Shown: positions 17,070-27,647, counted from the stretch's first letter. The stretch: DNA of 55,149 nucleotides from a virus (IMGVR_UViG_3300047290_000079:1-55149); one strand, 5' to 3'. Notes: generated by a model not told the origin, from the sequence alone. Numbers and translations are program-made.

Positions 17070-17784
17070 GGTTCACTTCATCTGGCTGACGCAGGAAGGG
17101 TCTCGGCCCTTCAACCTGATCAACATGATTGCCGTCATGGCTGCATCTGACGTGCAGAAGCCAGATCGGCTTTTCATGCACTGTAACAATCGGCCGGCAA
17201 ACAACCGGCACTGGGATCGAGCCGCCGAGCACTTCGAGATCAGGTGGTGTGAGCCGCCGACCGAGATCAAGGGCGTCCCATTGCCCTTCGTTCAGTACAA
17301 GTCTGACGTCCTACGGCTGCAGATTGTACAGGCGGAGGGGGGAATATACCTCGACACGGATAGTCTTCTCCTGAAGCCTCTGGCGCCCTTTATGGGGCGT
17401 CCTATGACACTGGCCCAAGAAAGCCCAGATTCGATCGCCATGACGCCGATCATAGCCCATCCAGACGCCGCCTTCATTAAGCTGTGGCTGCAGGGGATCC
17501 CAGAGGCCCTCAAGAATGGTGTTTGGGCTGGTCATGCCGTCAACCTGCCCTTTGACCTGAACAAGCAGCACCCATGCCTGTGCGACATCAGGCCTCAGCA
17601 TGAGTTTTTCCCCTTCGACCTGTCGAGGAATTGGCTGTTTGAAGACACGCCCCTGCCTGATGACGTCTATGCCTTGCATGTCTATGAGACCTACTGGGCG
17701 GCCCTTCTGAAGGACGTCAATGAGGCTTGGGTGAGGCGCAATCAGAATACACTCTTCTCGAGGCTATTTAGGAAGTACCTATGA
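17056..17784 (+). CDS. DXD glycosyltransferase (GT32/Gly_transf_sug-like)
   Basis: PNEVHFIW, KSDVLRL and EGGIYLDTD motifs. Confidence 0.88.
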   Translation: MLPNEVHFIWLTQEGSRPFNLINMIAVMAASDVQKPDRLFMHCNNRPANNRHWDRAAEHFEIRWCEPPTEIKGVPLPFVQYKSDVLRLQIVQAEGGIYLDTDSLLLKPLAPFMGRPMTLAQESPDSIAMTPIIAHPDAAFIKLWLQGIPEALKNGVWAGHAVNLPFDLNKQHPCLCDIRPQHEFFPFDLSRNWLFEDTPLPDDVYALHVYETYWAALLKDVNEAWVRRNQNTLFSRLFRKYL

Positions 17785-18005
17785 TAATGCTGCAGCTTGA
17801 CCCGCCGATCCCAGTCAATACGCCAAAGGGCAAGGCCATGTGCATTGCATGGATTGACTATGGTCCTGAACACCATCTAATCTGGGTGTGCTTTCAAGAC
17901 GACACGGGCGAAAGTTGGTGCTGGCCAAATCCTGAAATCAGGGCACAGTCAAATCCTAGCTTTGGTCGGTTTGGGAGTGGTTTTTCCCGAAACCAAGCTA
18001 ACTAG
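17781..18005 (+). CDS. Conserved phage hypothetical protein
   Basis: LQLDPPIPV.TPKG...IDYG...W pattern. Confidence 0.75.
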   Translation: MIMLQLDPPIPVNTPKGKAMCIAWIDYGPEHHLIWVCFQDDTGESWCWPNPEIRAQSNPSFGRFGSGFSRNQAN

Positions 18006-18039
18006 CCCTCGGTGGATTGGTACACACCGAGGGTTTTTT
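18006..18039 (+). terminator. Intrinsic terminator at the convergence of the two transcription blocks
   Basis: CCCTCGGTG-loop-CACCGAGGG followed by TTTTTT. Confidence 0.8.
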
Positions 18040-20032
18040 ATTGTTTGTTGACGTGAGCATTGAAGTCAACAGGCTTGCCAGTCTCATCAGAGATGTATCG
18101 GCTCAGGTTCTCACCAGCACGATAGGCAAAATTACCTGTTGCCTTTGTTGGGTTGCGAACAAAAGTCTCATATCTCTTTGCCCAGTCGGCAAATGCTTTA
18201 GCAGACGCTGGCTTGCTCATGATGCGGGTGAAGACGTTTGCACTAACCAATGTTCTTAATGCTGTGACTGGATGGAGAAAAGCAGCAACACCAAAAACAT
18301 TTTGGCCAGTACCTGAAGGATTGCCAAACTTGTTAAGGTTTTTAAATCTTTCTGACACAGCAGAAATGTCGTTTAAAGATTTTAAGAGTTCTGGCTCATC
18401 CTTAAAGATCAATGTTTTTGACCTATCACTCAAGGCATTTATGCCCTTTGCGCCAAGCCATCGGTCTGGCGAGAATTTGCCTTGAGCATCTCTGCCAATA
18501 TTTGAAATAATACCAGCTTGGAATGCTTTCAGAGCATCATTATCCATGACTGAAAGAGCACGCTGGACAAGTTTATTGTTTGCTGATCCGCCTTCTTTTG
18601 CTGCATTGAAAAGACGATTGAAGATTTGTTCGTCACTAATGTTGCCTTCTGTTTTCCCAACAATTTTGGAAAGTTGTTTGCGCATTTCAGACATCTGCTG
18701 ATATTGACGATCAGCCTTTTGAAGAAATAATCTTGCTTGTTCTCCACCGGCCTCTTCCGCAATATCAAGGACATCTTGCTTTAACGCATTATAAACACGT
18801 TCTGTATTGGCGTCCTTTACACCTTTTATCATATTTTCCGAACGAAGATCACGAAGAGCCGTATAAAGAGTTTTGGCTCCATCATAATTTAAACCTTCAG
18901 CAGATTTAATTGCAGGCGAAACTAAATTGATTGCAGCGGGTGCGCCTTCCAATTTTGCATTAGCGCGTTGAGCCATGATTTCAGAAATAACATCTCTGGT
19001 ATTTTCAAGAGGCTTCATAGCATCTGGATTGCCCATCAAGCTCTTAACTTCGTCATAGGCGTTTTTGGCTTTTTCCCTGACGCCAGACGTCATCCAATTT
19101 CTTAGGCCTTCACTGATCTTTTGACCTGCTTGCTCAGATGTTGTTTTTGGCACAAGCCTATCAACAGCATCATCCAAGCCCTTAATAGCTCCCTCGCGTG
19201 CAGCGATAATAGGCTCACCAGCAAACGGAACATTCTCGGAAACCTTTGTTGCTCTTTGCACCATTGGGTTATCAATGGCAGCGTATATGGGAAGATCAAC
19301 ACCGAGACGCTCTGCAGCGGCAACACCTTCAGGCACAACAGGTGCGGCGGCTTTCTCAGCAGGAGCTGCAAACCGACCCAAGGCACCTCCAAGGACGCCC
19401 CCCATTAGGCCAGCGCCTGCAGCACTCTTCAGTCGCTCCTCGCCAGTCACGCCTTCTCCAAGGCCCGTCAGTGCGCCATACCCAGCGCCCTCTAAAGCGC
19501 CTAGGCCTGTCTTGCCGAGAAATGTTGTTCCTTTTGCAGCAGCGCCCATTGGCAATGCCATTTGAGGGGCGAACCCAGCAACTGCACCACTGTAATAGGC
19601 ACTTGGAGCTTTCTCTTTCCAAGCCTCTGCCTCACCAAGTACCTTCTCCTTCTCCTTTTGGAACTCAGGAGACATAGGGTTGATACTTCTTGAGCGTATG
19701 GCAGCCGCAATGTCTTCACCAAATGGCAATGTTGCAACTACGCCCTTGGCAAATGGATCTGCGAGATACTGAACTTTGCCGCCTGGGCGAGCAATACGCT
19801 CGGTCTGCATGGTTGGATTGCCAGCGGCATCATAGACAGGAACGTCGACATATTCGTCGCTCTCTCCAGCCATTTGCTGCTCTACGGCTTTCTTGCCTTC
19901 TTGGCGACCAGCAATTCTCTCAAGAGTGCTGGTGTCATAACCATTGTTCTTAAGCTTTGCGATAAGCTCTGCCTTTGATGTGCCGTCAGGAATGTTTTGA
20001 ACAATTGTGCCATCAGGCAGTTGAACGTCCAT
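18038..20032 (-). CDS. Internal virion / DNA ejection protein
   Basis: Last gene of the late block. VQLPDG N-terminus, Gly/Ala-rich membrane-like segment, helical remainder. Confidence 0.65.
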   Translation of the reverse strand: MDVQLPDGTIVQNIPDGTSKAELIAKLKNNGYDTSTLERIAGRQEGKKAVEQQMAGESDEYVDVPVYDAAGNPTMQTERIARPGGKVQYLADPFAKGVVATLPFGEDIAAAIRSRSINPMSPEFQKEKEKVLGEAEAWKEKAPSAYYSGAVAGFAPQMALPMGAAAKGTTFLGKTGLGALEGAGYGALTGLGEGVTGEERLKSAAGAGLMGGVLGGALGRFAAPAEKAAAPVVPEGVAAAERLGVDLPIYAAIDNPMVQRATKVSENVPFAGEPIIAAREGAIKGLDDAVDRLVPKTTSEQAGQKISEGLRNWMTSGVREKAKNAYDEVKSLMGNPDAMKPLENTRDVISEIMAQRANAKLEGAPAAINLVSPAIKSAEGLNYDGAKTLYTALRDLRSENMIKGVKDANTERVYNALKQDVLDIAEEAGGEQARLFLQKADRQYQQMSEMRKQLSKIVGKTEGNISDEQIFNRLFNAAKEGGSANNKLVQRALSVMDNDALKAFQAGIISNIGRDAQGKFSPDRWLGAKGINALSDRSKTLIFKDEPELLKSLNDISAVSERFKNLNKFGNPSGTGQNVFGVAAFLHPVTALRTLVSANVFTRIMSKPASAKAFADWAKRYETFVRNPTKATGNFAYRAGENLSRYISDETGKPVDFNAHVNKQ

Positions 20033-21129
20033 TATCTTAAGCTCCCAAAGTCAACGACTTTAGATTTGTTTGATTGATCAGACTTTTCTGTCTTCTTAGG
20101 CATTGCACTTTTTTCAAGATCTTCCAGCTTGTAGCCAATCGCAGCTTCAATTGGTTCAATGTCAAATCCTTGAAGCTGTTTTGCCTTAGCAAGTTTATAG
20201 GCAGCGGCCCTAGAAACCTCACGTTGGCGAGCAAGCTTTTGTTTAATAAGCTCAGGATCCATTCCAGGCGTGATGTCTGCCTTAAGAAATTCTTCTTTTT
20301 CAGGCTTTGTAACAGCAGAACCGAAAAGACTGTTTCTTAATATATTTCGTCTTTCTGCATAATCAGACCACCATTGAGATTGATCTTTATATCCAAAACC
20401 TTTGCTGCCTGCCAAATTTTGGACATCACCAACACTCTCAATAATTTTTCCACCATATTCTGGTTTAAATCTTGCGCTTAGATCGTCAAGATCTGACAGT
20501 GCGCCACCACCTTCGGTAAATGTTTGCAATGTCGTATCGCTGACATCCTTTTGTTTTGTCTTGCCAGCCGCTTCCTCAAGGCCTGCCTTAACACGAAGGG
20601 CCTTCTGCCGATCTTCAGGCGGAAGTTGAGAAAGTATGGTGTCAAACTCGGTGGGTATTTTTTTGGTCTGTATTTCATAATTCTGCTGCGCCTTGAGAAG
20701 CTCAAGGGACTTAGCAGGATCTGGTCCCAACTGCATCTCTGTCGCCATCTTGGCGCGTGCAAGTTGAAGCTGTTGCAATTTCTCTTGGCGAGACCGCTCG
20801 GCCTGCGCCTGTTGCATCAAAGGACCAGAGAGAGCCGTGCCAAGCGCACCGAGGCTTTCACCAAAACCACCTGAGCGTGTCGGTGCAGACAAAGCACCAG
20901 CGCCTTGGAACAGCATGGCGGCCTTTGTGTAGGGATCCATGCCGGTCTGGCCAGCAAGTTGGTTGTACTGCTGATCAAGAAGGCCAGCGTATTTCTGCTG
21001 TGCCTGCTCTTGAAGCTGCTGCCTTTGAAGTAATTGTTTTGCTACATCCCGATAACCCCCAGTTAAACCGAGGCTATCAGCATATTGGTTGCCGAGATCA
21101 TCAAAGACCTGATTAACTGGGTCAGCCAT
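20032..21129 (-). CDS. Internal virion / ejection protein
   Basis: Gln-rich helical protein with PTRSGGFGESLG, located among ejection genes. Confidence 0.6.
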   Translation of the reverse strand: MADPVNQVFDDLGNQYADSLGLTGGYRDVAKQLLQRQQLQEQAQQKYAGLLDQQYNQLAGQTGMDPYTKAAMLFQGAGALSAPTRSGGFGESLGALGTALSGPLMQQAQAERSRQEKLQQLQLARAKMATEMQLGPDPAKSLELLKAQQNYEIQTKKIPTEFDTILSQLPPEDRQKALRVKAGLEEAAGKTKQKDVSDTTLQTFTEGGGALSDLDDLSARFKPEYGGKIIESVGDVQNLAGSKGFGYKDQSQWWSDYAERRNILRNSLFGSAVTKPEKEEFLKADITPGMDPELIKQKLARQREVSRAAAYKLAKAKQLQGFDIEPIEAAIGYKLEDLEKSAMPKKTEKSDQSNKSKVVDFGSLR

Positions 21130-21135
21130 TGTGCA

Positions 21136-22131
21136 TTACTTTCCACCGAGGAGGTTGCTAAGGGCAGCGGCGCTCATGCCAGCGCTTGCAAGCTGCGCCA
21201 ATGGAGATGCGGAATAGGACGAGCCAGAAGACGTTGTCGTTCCAGATGTTGTACCACCACCAGAAGGAAGGCCACGCACAATGTTCGACAAGAAACCGAG
21301 CTGTTCTTTTGGATATTGGGTCTGGCGCAGGAAGTCTTGATAGGCCAGATCCAGATTGCGCTGGTTCATGGCTGTCTGCTCGCCGCCGATCGTCTCAAGA
21401 GCGCTGGCGCCTGTCAGGCCCAGAGCTTGAGCCTTCTGGCCCAAACCAGCCTGAACGCCTGCAAGCTGGCCAAGGCCAGCCATCTCTGTTCCAGCAAGCT
21501 GGCCAGCAGTCTGACCAAGTGCACCCATACGGGATAAATCGGTCTGAGCTTGAGATCCCGCTGTTGTGTAACCCTTGGCGAGCTGCTCACCAATGGCAGA
21601 AGACAGGCCCTCTGAGACGTCTCGAATGCCACGTTGAGCCAGCTCTTGCTGGCGTGTAGATCCGTACTGACCTGCACGAATGAACTGATCACCAAGCCCC
21701 GGCATCAGTTTCTCGGTGATCTGCCTTTGAGCCAGATCGCCCATGCGGTTGATCACGTTCTCTTCATACGGGTTCATGTAATTCTGAATGACGCCAGGAA
21801 GCGTCTGGCCAGCCTGCGCCATGTAAGGCTGTGCGGCGCCTGTTGGGCTCAGAGCGGCAGCCTGACCTGCCGTCTGTTGAGCCGCAGCCAATTGCGGTTG
21901 GTATGACTGAGCGGCGCCTCTCGTAACGTCAAATGCCGCAAGCTGGTCCTGAGAGAAGGGAGCAATGCGTGGGCCTTCATATGGCTGGTACTCTTCCTGA
22001 GCGGCGCTGTAGGCACCTGACATCAGGTTGTAGAGGTAGTCAGACAGGTATTGAGGAACCTGAGATGTGGTCAGGGAGGATGACGTCGATTGCAGGGGCT
22101 GACCCTGAGTGAGGAAGTTTAGAAAGGCCAT
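21136..22131 (-). CDS. DNA transfer (pilot-like) ejection protein
   Basis: YQPYEGPRIA, YMNPY, Q/A/G-rich body and hydrophobic C-terminus. Confidence 0.65.
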   Translation of the reverse strand: MAFLNFLTQGQPLQSTSSSLTTSQVPQYLSDYLYNLMSGAYSAAQEEYQPYEGPRIAPFSQDQLAAFDVTRGAAQSYQPQLAAAQQTAGQAAALSPTGAAQPYMAQAGQTLPGVIQNYMNPYEENVINRMGDLAQRQITEKLMPGLGDQFIRAGQYGSTRQQELAQRGIRDVSEGLSSAIGEQLAKGYTTAGSQAQTDLSRMGALGQTAGQLAGTEMAGLGQLAGVQAGLGQKAQALGLTGASALETIGGEQTAMNQRNLDLAYQDFLRQTQYPKEQLGFLSNIVRGLPSGGGTTSGTTTSSGSSYSASPLAQLASAGMSAAALSNLLGGK

Positions 22132-22133
22132 CG

Positions 22134-23495
22134 TTAGGCTCCCAGATAATCGGTCGGATCCTTAGCGTCAGGCGAGAACTTACCCTTCGACAGGGCAGCA
22201 CCCTTCTGCTTGCGGATATTAGCACGGAATTGATCTAATTTCTTTGCGCCGGCTTTCGATGACCCATCACCGAGCAAGGCGACTGTCTCGGCATCTATGA
22301 CGTACTCGCCGTCAGAAAGTTTGGCATCGATGCTGTCAGACCGGCCTGTCCCGCCGCCCTGAACGTATCTTGAGAGGGGGCCGCCGTGAGCCGCCCGTGT
22401 GGGTTGCGGCTCCTCATCAACAGTCTCAACAGGCGCCTCGGCCTGCGCCATGGAATAATTGCGCTGCTCGGGGAGCTGGCCATAATTGTAATAGGGCAAG
22501 ACGGGGTTGCGCTGGCGCGTGAGAGGTGTTGCCTCAAGACGCCTAGTCATATTGGGGTCTGTGTAGGAGGGCGTTGTAGCGCCTTCTGGCTGCTTATTGC
22601 CGCCCAAAGACCCAGCAAGGCTCAAGGCCATCAATCCAAGGGGAATGGCGGTGCTGGACTTACCAAGGCTGGCAAGGATGCCGCCTCCTGTAGAACCAGC
22701 AGCAGCCGATCCAGCCTGACCAAGTGATTCCGTCATGCCTGGGGACAGAAAACCTTTGCCAGATGTGTCGCCAAGAGCTTGGGCCACGCTTCCTGTTTTG
22801 GCACCTTCTGCAGCCGCAGCCATGCCACCAGAACCAATAGCACCACCAGTCAGATTGCCAAGCCAGCCGCTTAAGCCACCTTCGCCGGTGCCTGTGACTG
22901 CTGAACCTGTGGCGCCCAAAAGGCCTGCGCCGATCGTTCCTAAGCCGCCAAGGGCAGCACCAGCAAGAGGATTGCCGCCTGTAATGGCGCTGGTCGCGCC
23001 GCCGACAAGGGCATTGCCAAGAACGCTAGGGAGCGCAGCACCTGCAATGGTTTCACCAGCGAGAGACGCCGGCAAAAGAGCGGCACCGATCGGGGCGCCA
23101 ATACCTGATGCAATAAGAGCTGCCGAAGCCAAAGAAGCCACAGGAGCAAACCAGCTCTGCTTCCAGAAAGGCGTAAACTGAGGCATCCCTGTGTGGGGGT
23201 TGATCGTAGGCTCGCCCCACTCTTGGCGAAGCTTCTCATATTCGTCTCGGTTGATGTGAATGATCATGGTGTCGCCACCGACACCAGCGCCTGCCACCTG
23301 CTTGGCTGCGCCTGTGAGGCCACCCTTTGCCATCCGCTCGACATGCTCACGGGGAGGCACGATCATGAAGGGCTTTGTGCCAGCTCTGCCGCCTTTGGCA
23401 AAAGCACTCATGGGCGAGCCTCTAAAGGCAGACCCTGCGGCATTGTTGACCAAGGGCCGCCAGTTTGCAGGTGTATCAGGATAATCAATTGCCAT
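22134..23495 (-). CDS. Internal virion protein with AxGG motifs, INPxTG module, Gly/Ala hydrophobic core and GTGRSDSI..LSDGEYV module
   Basis: Motifs read directly from the translation. Confidence 0.7.
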   Translation of the reverse strand: MAIDYPDTPANWRPLVNNAAGSAFRGSPMSAFAKGGRAGTKPFMIVPPREHVERMAKGGLTGAAKQVAGAGVGGDTMIIHINRDEYEKLRQEWGEPTINPHTGMPQFTPFWKQSWFAPVASLASAALIASGIGAPIGAALLPASLAGETIAGAALPSVLGNALVGGATSAITGGNPLAGAALGGLGTIGAGLLGATGSAVTGTGEGGLSGWLGNLTGGAIGSGGMAAAAEGAKTGSVAQALGDTSGKGFLSPGMTESLGQAGSAAAGSTGGGILASLGKSSTAIPLGLMALSLAGSLGGNKQPEGATTPSYTDPNMTRRLEATPLTRQRNPVLPYYNYGQLPEQRNYSMAQAEAPVETVDEEPQPTRAAHGGPLSRYVQGGGTGRSDSIDAKLSDGEYVIDAETVALLGDGSSKAGAKKLDQFRANIRKQKGAALSKGKFSPDAKDPTDYLGA

Positions 23496-23496
23496 G

Positions 23497-23733
23497 TCAG
23501 CCACTCAGGTTAACGGCTCGAGTGAAGGCAAATGCCCAGTCGCGCCACTCGTCATAATTCAAAGGGTTAGGCGGATTTTGCTTTCCGACTTCGAAAAACG
23601 CAACCACGCCCAAAGCCCAATTCTGCCAATTCTCTTCTTTATCCAGACGAGACACAGTGCCATATTTTTCGAGAATATACACCATGCTGTCGGTCCAGTC
23701 AGTAACCGTCATGTTGCGGGGGTCGATCATCAT
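23497..23733 (-). CDS. Hypothetical virion-associated protein (Trp-rich)
   Basis: WQNWA and WRDWA motifs; overlaps the upstream stop. Confidence 0.7.
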   Translation of the reverse strand: MMIDPRNMTVTDWTDSMVYILEKYGTVSRLDKEENWQNWALGVVAFFEVGKQNPPNPLNYDEWRDWAFAFTRAVNLSG

Positions 23734-25271
23734 CCCAGCACCGTCCCGTCGCTGATGTCGATGTGGGCAATGCACTGGCCCATTTGATAGTCGCCACCAA
23801 CCACATTTGACTTGAAGATGAAGCGCATCTCGCGCCGTGTTTCCTTAAAGAAGACCACCTGCTGATAAGGCTCGATCGTATTGGCCTGATCCGTGAATGT
23901 GTGCTCGTCAGACGTCACTTCAGGGGCACGGGCATTGGCTCGGCCGGTGATTTGAACGGTCATGTCGCCAGACTGAACAAAGTCAGGCTCAATCATTACG
24001 CAGCGCATGGATCTGTTTTTGGGTTGTTGCTGATCGGCAACAAACGAAATATCGGCCGTCTGGAAGTAAGACGGGATTGAGTTGATGGCAGCACCATCCA
24101 GTTCGTCTACGCCATATTCATGCTGCCAGATCTTGTATTTACCATCCACAGGGTCGATGCCGGTGAGAATGGGGTACTCATAGACCGTTGCAAACTTTCC
24201 TGCAGAGCGGCCTGAGTTGGGAAGCTGCGTGTCGTACCATGTATTTTCACGCACATTATAGACGACTGCATGGGTGCATTCTGTGGCGTTTCCTCGAGGA
24301 TAGCACCACCATATCTCACCAAAGCGCGGAACCTTATAGGCAAAGACCTTCTGGCGTTGTGCGTAGTTGAGATTGTCAAAGAAAAAGTTCTGGTTGAGTT
24401 GGTTTGGAATTTCGCGCACAACACCATTGAACATCAGGAAGCGATCAACGCCGACCCAATAGAAGATGCCGTCATACTCGATCGGTGATTGAGAAGACAG
24501 AATGGATGTCTGAGCACTCAGAATATCAAACTGGAAGACAGGATCTCCGCCAACCCAAGTGCATCGCACAAGGCTGTCAAGAGACCAGAATAGGCCAGCA
24601 GGAGCATTGCCAGGGCCAGCTCTAAGAGGAAGACCAGCAACAATCTTCTGCGCTGTTATGTAAGCTTCGCCAGATCCTGTGCCAGACCAATCATTAGGGC
24701 TATTGGCAACAGACCAAGCAACATAACCATCTGAACCAAAGACGAAGACGTAAGGATACAAACTAACAACGCCGCCTGAGACTTCTGGGGCTGTTGTGGC
24801 TGTAAGATTGGCTGCTCCATTAACAATGCCATAGAACAACTTTGAGGTTGTCGTGCTGTCGATCTGGGCCAAGTTCTGGCCTGGGTGAGCAAACAAATAA
24901 GCGCCGGGTGACACACCAACACTGTCAAAGTTTGTGTCGAAGGTCCAAAGATTGTTTGAACTTGATACAAATCCAGCCCCAGGCGTGCGATCAACAAGAG
25001 ATGTCACAACGCCATTTGAATTGATTGAAAGCTGCGTCAGCGTGCTGGCGCCACCAGATGCAACATAAAGAAGGCCATCTTGGTTGTATGTATTGAGACC
25101 TCGAGAAATCTCTGGAATCTGATCGCTGAAGCGACGATAGCCCCACATCTTACGGGGAAGACCACGCTGGAACCGACACCACTGGCCATCAACATAAAAG
25201 CCGTTCTCGAAGCGAGTACCATCCCGCTTGATGCCCGGCAGTGACTTGATGACGTATGGTGTGGGTGCCAT
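23730..25271 (-). CDS. Tail nozzle / DNA-stabilisation protein (P22 gp10 / T7 gp12-like)
   Basis: PGIKRDGT, RFQRGLPRKM, EIWWCYP and VYN..E..W motifs. Beta-rich, 513 aa, expected position. Confidence 0.7.
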   Translation of the reverse strand: MAPTPYVIKSLPGIKRDGTRFENGFYVDGQWCRFQRGLPRKMWGYRRFSDQIPEISRGLNTYNQDGLLYVASGGASTLTQLSINSNGVVTSLVDRTPGAGFVSSSNNLWTFDTNFDSVGVSPGAYLFAHPGQNLAQIDSTTTSKLFYGIVNGAANLTATTAPEVSGGVVSLYPYVFVFGSDGYVAWSVANSPNDWSGTGSGEAYITAQKIVAGLPLRAGPGNAPAGLFWSLDSLVRCTWVGGDPVFQFDILSAQTSILSSQSPIEYDGIFYWVGVDRFLMFNGVVREIPNQLNQNFFFDNLNYAQRQKVFAYKVPRFGEIWWCYPRGNATECTHAVVYNVRENTWYDTQLPNSGRSAGKFATVYEYPILTGIDPVDGKYKIWQHEYGVDELDGAAINSIPSYFQTADISFVADQQQPKNRSMRCVMIEPDFVQSGDMTVQITGRANARAPEVTSDEHTFTDQANTIEPYQQVVFFKETRREMRFIFKSNVVGGDYQMGQCIAHIDISDGTVLG

Positions 25272-26641
25272 TAGCTTAATATTCCTATGCCCATAGCGAC
25301 TGCAAAGGCCTTGCTTGTGCTAGGCGATACGCCAATAGCTGCTTGCGCTGCTGCTTGATTGACGGCAGTAAAGACGGCCTTACCAACAGTTGTGCCGCCA
25401 AGATCAGTCTGCGCTGTGCTAGTGTCTGGAGCAGTAAAGACCAAAGCACCAACAGTTGAGGCACCAATAGCAATTTGTGCAGCAGCACCATCAACAGCCG
25501 TAAAGACTGCGATACCAACAGATGTGCCACCTAAGTTAATACGAGCGCCAGATGCTGTTGTGGCCCCCGTACCACCGTCTGCAATGGCAACAGGCGTCGA
25601 CACGCCGCCGCCAGGTGTTTGACCTTCTACAACATCAGTGCCATTGCAATAAAGGATGTAGGCATATCCCTGCGGCACAAGAATGCCTGTGCCAGAAGGT
25701 GTTTTTACCGTTACAGTATAAGCACCAGTCGTCGAGTTTGTGATCCAATATTGCTGAACCGTTGTCGGGACGATGACATTTCTATTGCCAGTCAAAGTGC
25801 CTGTCAGGCTGTATGAAACACGGTTAAGCTCGACGCCTGACAGGGTATAGTTTCCTGTTCCAGATATATCGACAGCCGTATAATCAAATCCGACAACAGA
25901 CGTATTGCTTTCATGGCCAACTGTGTAGAAGTTTGCGCCATCGGATATGATCATGGCCGAATTGCCAATGTCATAAGCTTCTGTTGCATTGCCATCTATC
26001 AGGCAGCCGCTTGCGGAGATTGTGACTGCGCTGCTTCCGCTGTTGCGCACATAGAAGAAAAAATCTTCGCCCAAAGTTGCAGCAGACGTCAGTGTGATTG
26101 TGCCACTCGCGCCGGTCCAATTGATGAATGTGGCTCGATCGGGTGAATTGACTGTGTAGTTTGAGTTCAGGTCTGTGACTGAAATGGCTTGATTAAGAGT
26201 GGTCGTGATCGCCTTCAGACCAGCACCCGCAAGGGCGCCGGCATTGGCCTGAGATGTTGTCGAACCAAACTGATAAGAAGACCACACGCCAGCAGCAGTT
26301 GTATTGCTGGTCATGTAGACTTGCCAGAGCTGGCCAGAAGCCACCGAGCAGATCGTTGTACCTGTCGCACCAACGACCGTGAAAGTCGTTGAACCAGTGT
26401 TATTGAATAGGAAGACGGCGCCGACAGATGCGTTATTGGCCGCAGGAAGATAGACCTTGCGGCTCGAACCTGTCGAATTGACGTCCATGATCCGCGCAGC
26501 AGTGATCGTGCCATCTGCAGGCGCATTTGTCTCAAGCGGCCAAGACAGGATGACATCTGTCGTAGTCAGGTTGAAAGACAAATAGGAAACGTCTGATGGA
26601 TATATGTTTGTTCCGCCAAAGACTTGCGTGTAGGTCGTCAT
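25271..26641 (-). CDS. Tail or tail-fibre structural protein
   Basis: Thr/Ser/Gly-rich beta protein with ADGGTGATTASGARINLG and GxTxVGxAVFTA repeats. Confidence 0.7.
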   Translation of the reverse strand: MTTYTQVFGGTNIYPSDVSYLSFNLTTTDVILSWPLETNAPADGTITAARIMDVNSTGSSRKVYLPAANNASVGAVFLFNNTGSTTFTVVGATGTTICSVASGQLWQVYMTSNTTAAGVWSSYQFGSTTSQANAGALAGAGLKAITTTLNQAISVTDLNSNYTVNSPDRATFINWTGASGTITLTSAATLGEDFFFYVRNSGSSAVTISASGCLIDGNATEAYDIGNSAMIISDGANFYTVGHESNTSVVGFDYTAVDISGTGNYTLSGVELNRVSYSLTGTLTGNRNVIVPTTVQQYWITNSTTGAYTVTVKTPSGTGILVPQGYAYILYCNGTDVVEGQTPGGGVSTPVAIADGGTGATTASGARINLGGTSVGIAVFTAVDGAAAQIAIGASTVGALVFTAPDTSTAQTDLGGTTVGKAVFTAVNQAAAQAAIGVSPSTSKAFAVAMGIGILS

Positions 26642-26642
26642 T

Positions 26643-27296
26643 TTATACCTCCGTGCGCTTGGCGGCGCGGTCAAGGATCTTGGCTAGATCCTCGCCACTG
26701 AGGGCCTGAGCGGCGCGATCATACATGGATTGCCACACCTGAATGCGCTCGTCGTTCTTCAGGAAGGGCGTTGCCTCGAGAAGTGAGCCATACAGGATCA
26801 ATTGCGGTGCGTATTGCGTGAGCCAATTGCTCTGGTTTGCATCGTCGAGGAGCGGGATCAATTGATAGACCAGAACCTCAAAGGGATAAGCCGCATCGGG
26901 CGTGGGTGCCACAATCCAGTTGTTATAATCGTATTCGGCATAAAAGAGGGGCGTGCCTGTCTGGCTGCGATCGGGCCAATATGACCTGACGTACTCATAA
27001 GAGCGGGGCCAGAGCTGGTTATAGGTGCTGTTGTCGTTTCCATTGCCGAAGTTGAAGGACACCGTCTGGCGCCAGCGGTCAGGTTTTGGGTAAACAGCAA
27101 GGCCGGCCTGCATTGTGCCGGTCAGGACGTTGATCAGGCCTTCGACCTTCAGCTCTCTTGCGATCCGCTGCTCGGCCAGATTGATCAGACGCGGGATCTG
27201 CTCAAAGACAATCTGGTCAGAGGCGAGGGTGAAGCCGCGCTCAAGATACCGACGAATGTCGGTTTTGAGGCTGTCGAAGGTCATAATCTCGGCCAT
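26643..27296 (-). CDS. Head-tail adaptor protein
   Basis: IPRLINLAEQRI.RE, PTPD..Y and LYGSL.EA..FLK patterns. Confidence 0.7.
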   Translation of the reverse strand: MAEIMTFDSLKTDIRRYLERGFTLASDQIVFEQIPRLINLAEQRIARELKVEGLINVLTGTMQAGLAVYPKPDRWRQTVSFNFGNGNDNSTYNQLWPRSYEYVRSYWPDRSQTGTPLFYAEYDYNNWIVAPTPDAAYPFEVLVYQLIPLLDDANQSNWLTQYAPQLILYGSLLEATPFLKNDERIQVWQSMYDRAAQALSGEDLAKILDRAAKRTEV

Positions 27297-27493
27297 TATT
27301 TAGCACCTTGGCAGTACCCGTCTCGACGGGCGTTGTTGACTTTGATCTCGCCAATAGTCTGGTCTGTGTCCTTCTTGGACCATGAAATGTCCTTCCAGAC
27401 ACCGCACGCAGCCTTATTAGTCTCTGGCGTGCCCATCATTGTCGCGCAGCCGGTCAGGAGAAAGGTTGACAGCATCACCAGAACGAAGCGCAT
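27296..27493 (-). CDS. Outer-membrane spanin (Rz1-like lipoprotein)
   Basis: Lipobox LLTGC; overlaps the upstream membrane gene. Confidence 0.75.
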   Translation of the reverse strand: MRFVLVMLSTFLLTGCATMMGTPETNKAACGVWKDISWSKKDTDQTIGEIKVNNARRDGYCQGAK

Positions 27494-27647
27494 CTTGCGT
27501 CCTCTTTAGAGCATCGGCAGTTGCGGCCGCCTCAATTTCAGCGATCGCGTCTGACCTGATCTTAGCATAAATACCGCCAAGAACCACTAGGGCTATGGCG
27601 GCAATTGCAATATATCGACCCAAAGGACTAAACAAAAGTCCAAGCAT
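27417..27647 (-). CDS. Inner-membrane spanin (Rz-like)
   Basis: N-terminal TM helix plus short coiled coil, directly after the endolysin. Confidence 0.72.
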   Translation of the reverse strand: MLGLLFSPLGRYIAIAAIALVVLGGIYAKIRSDAIAEIEAAATADALKRTQDALRSGDAVNLSPDRLRDNDGHARD

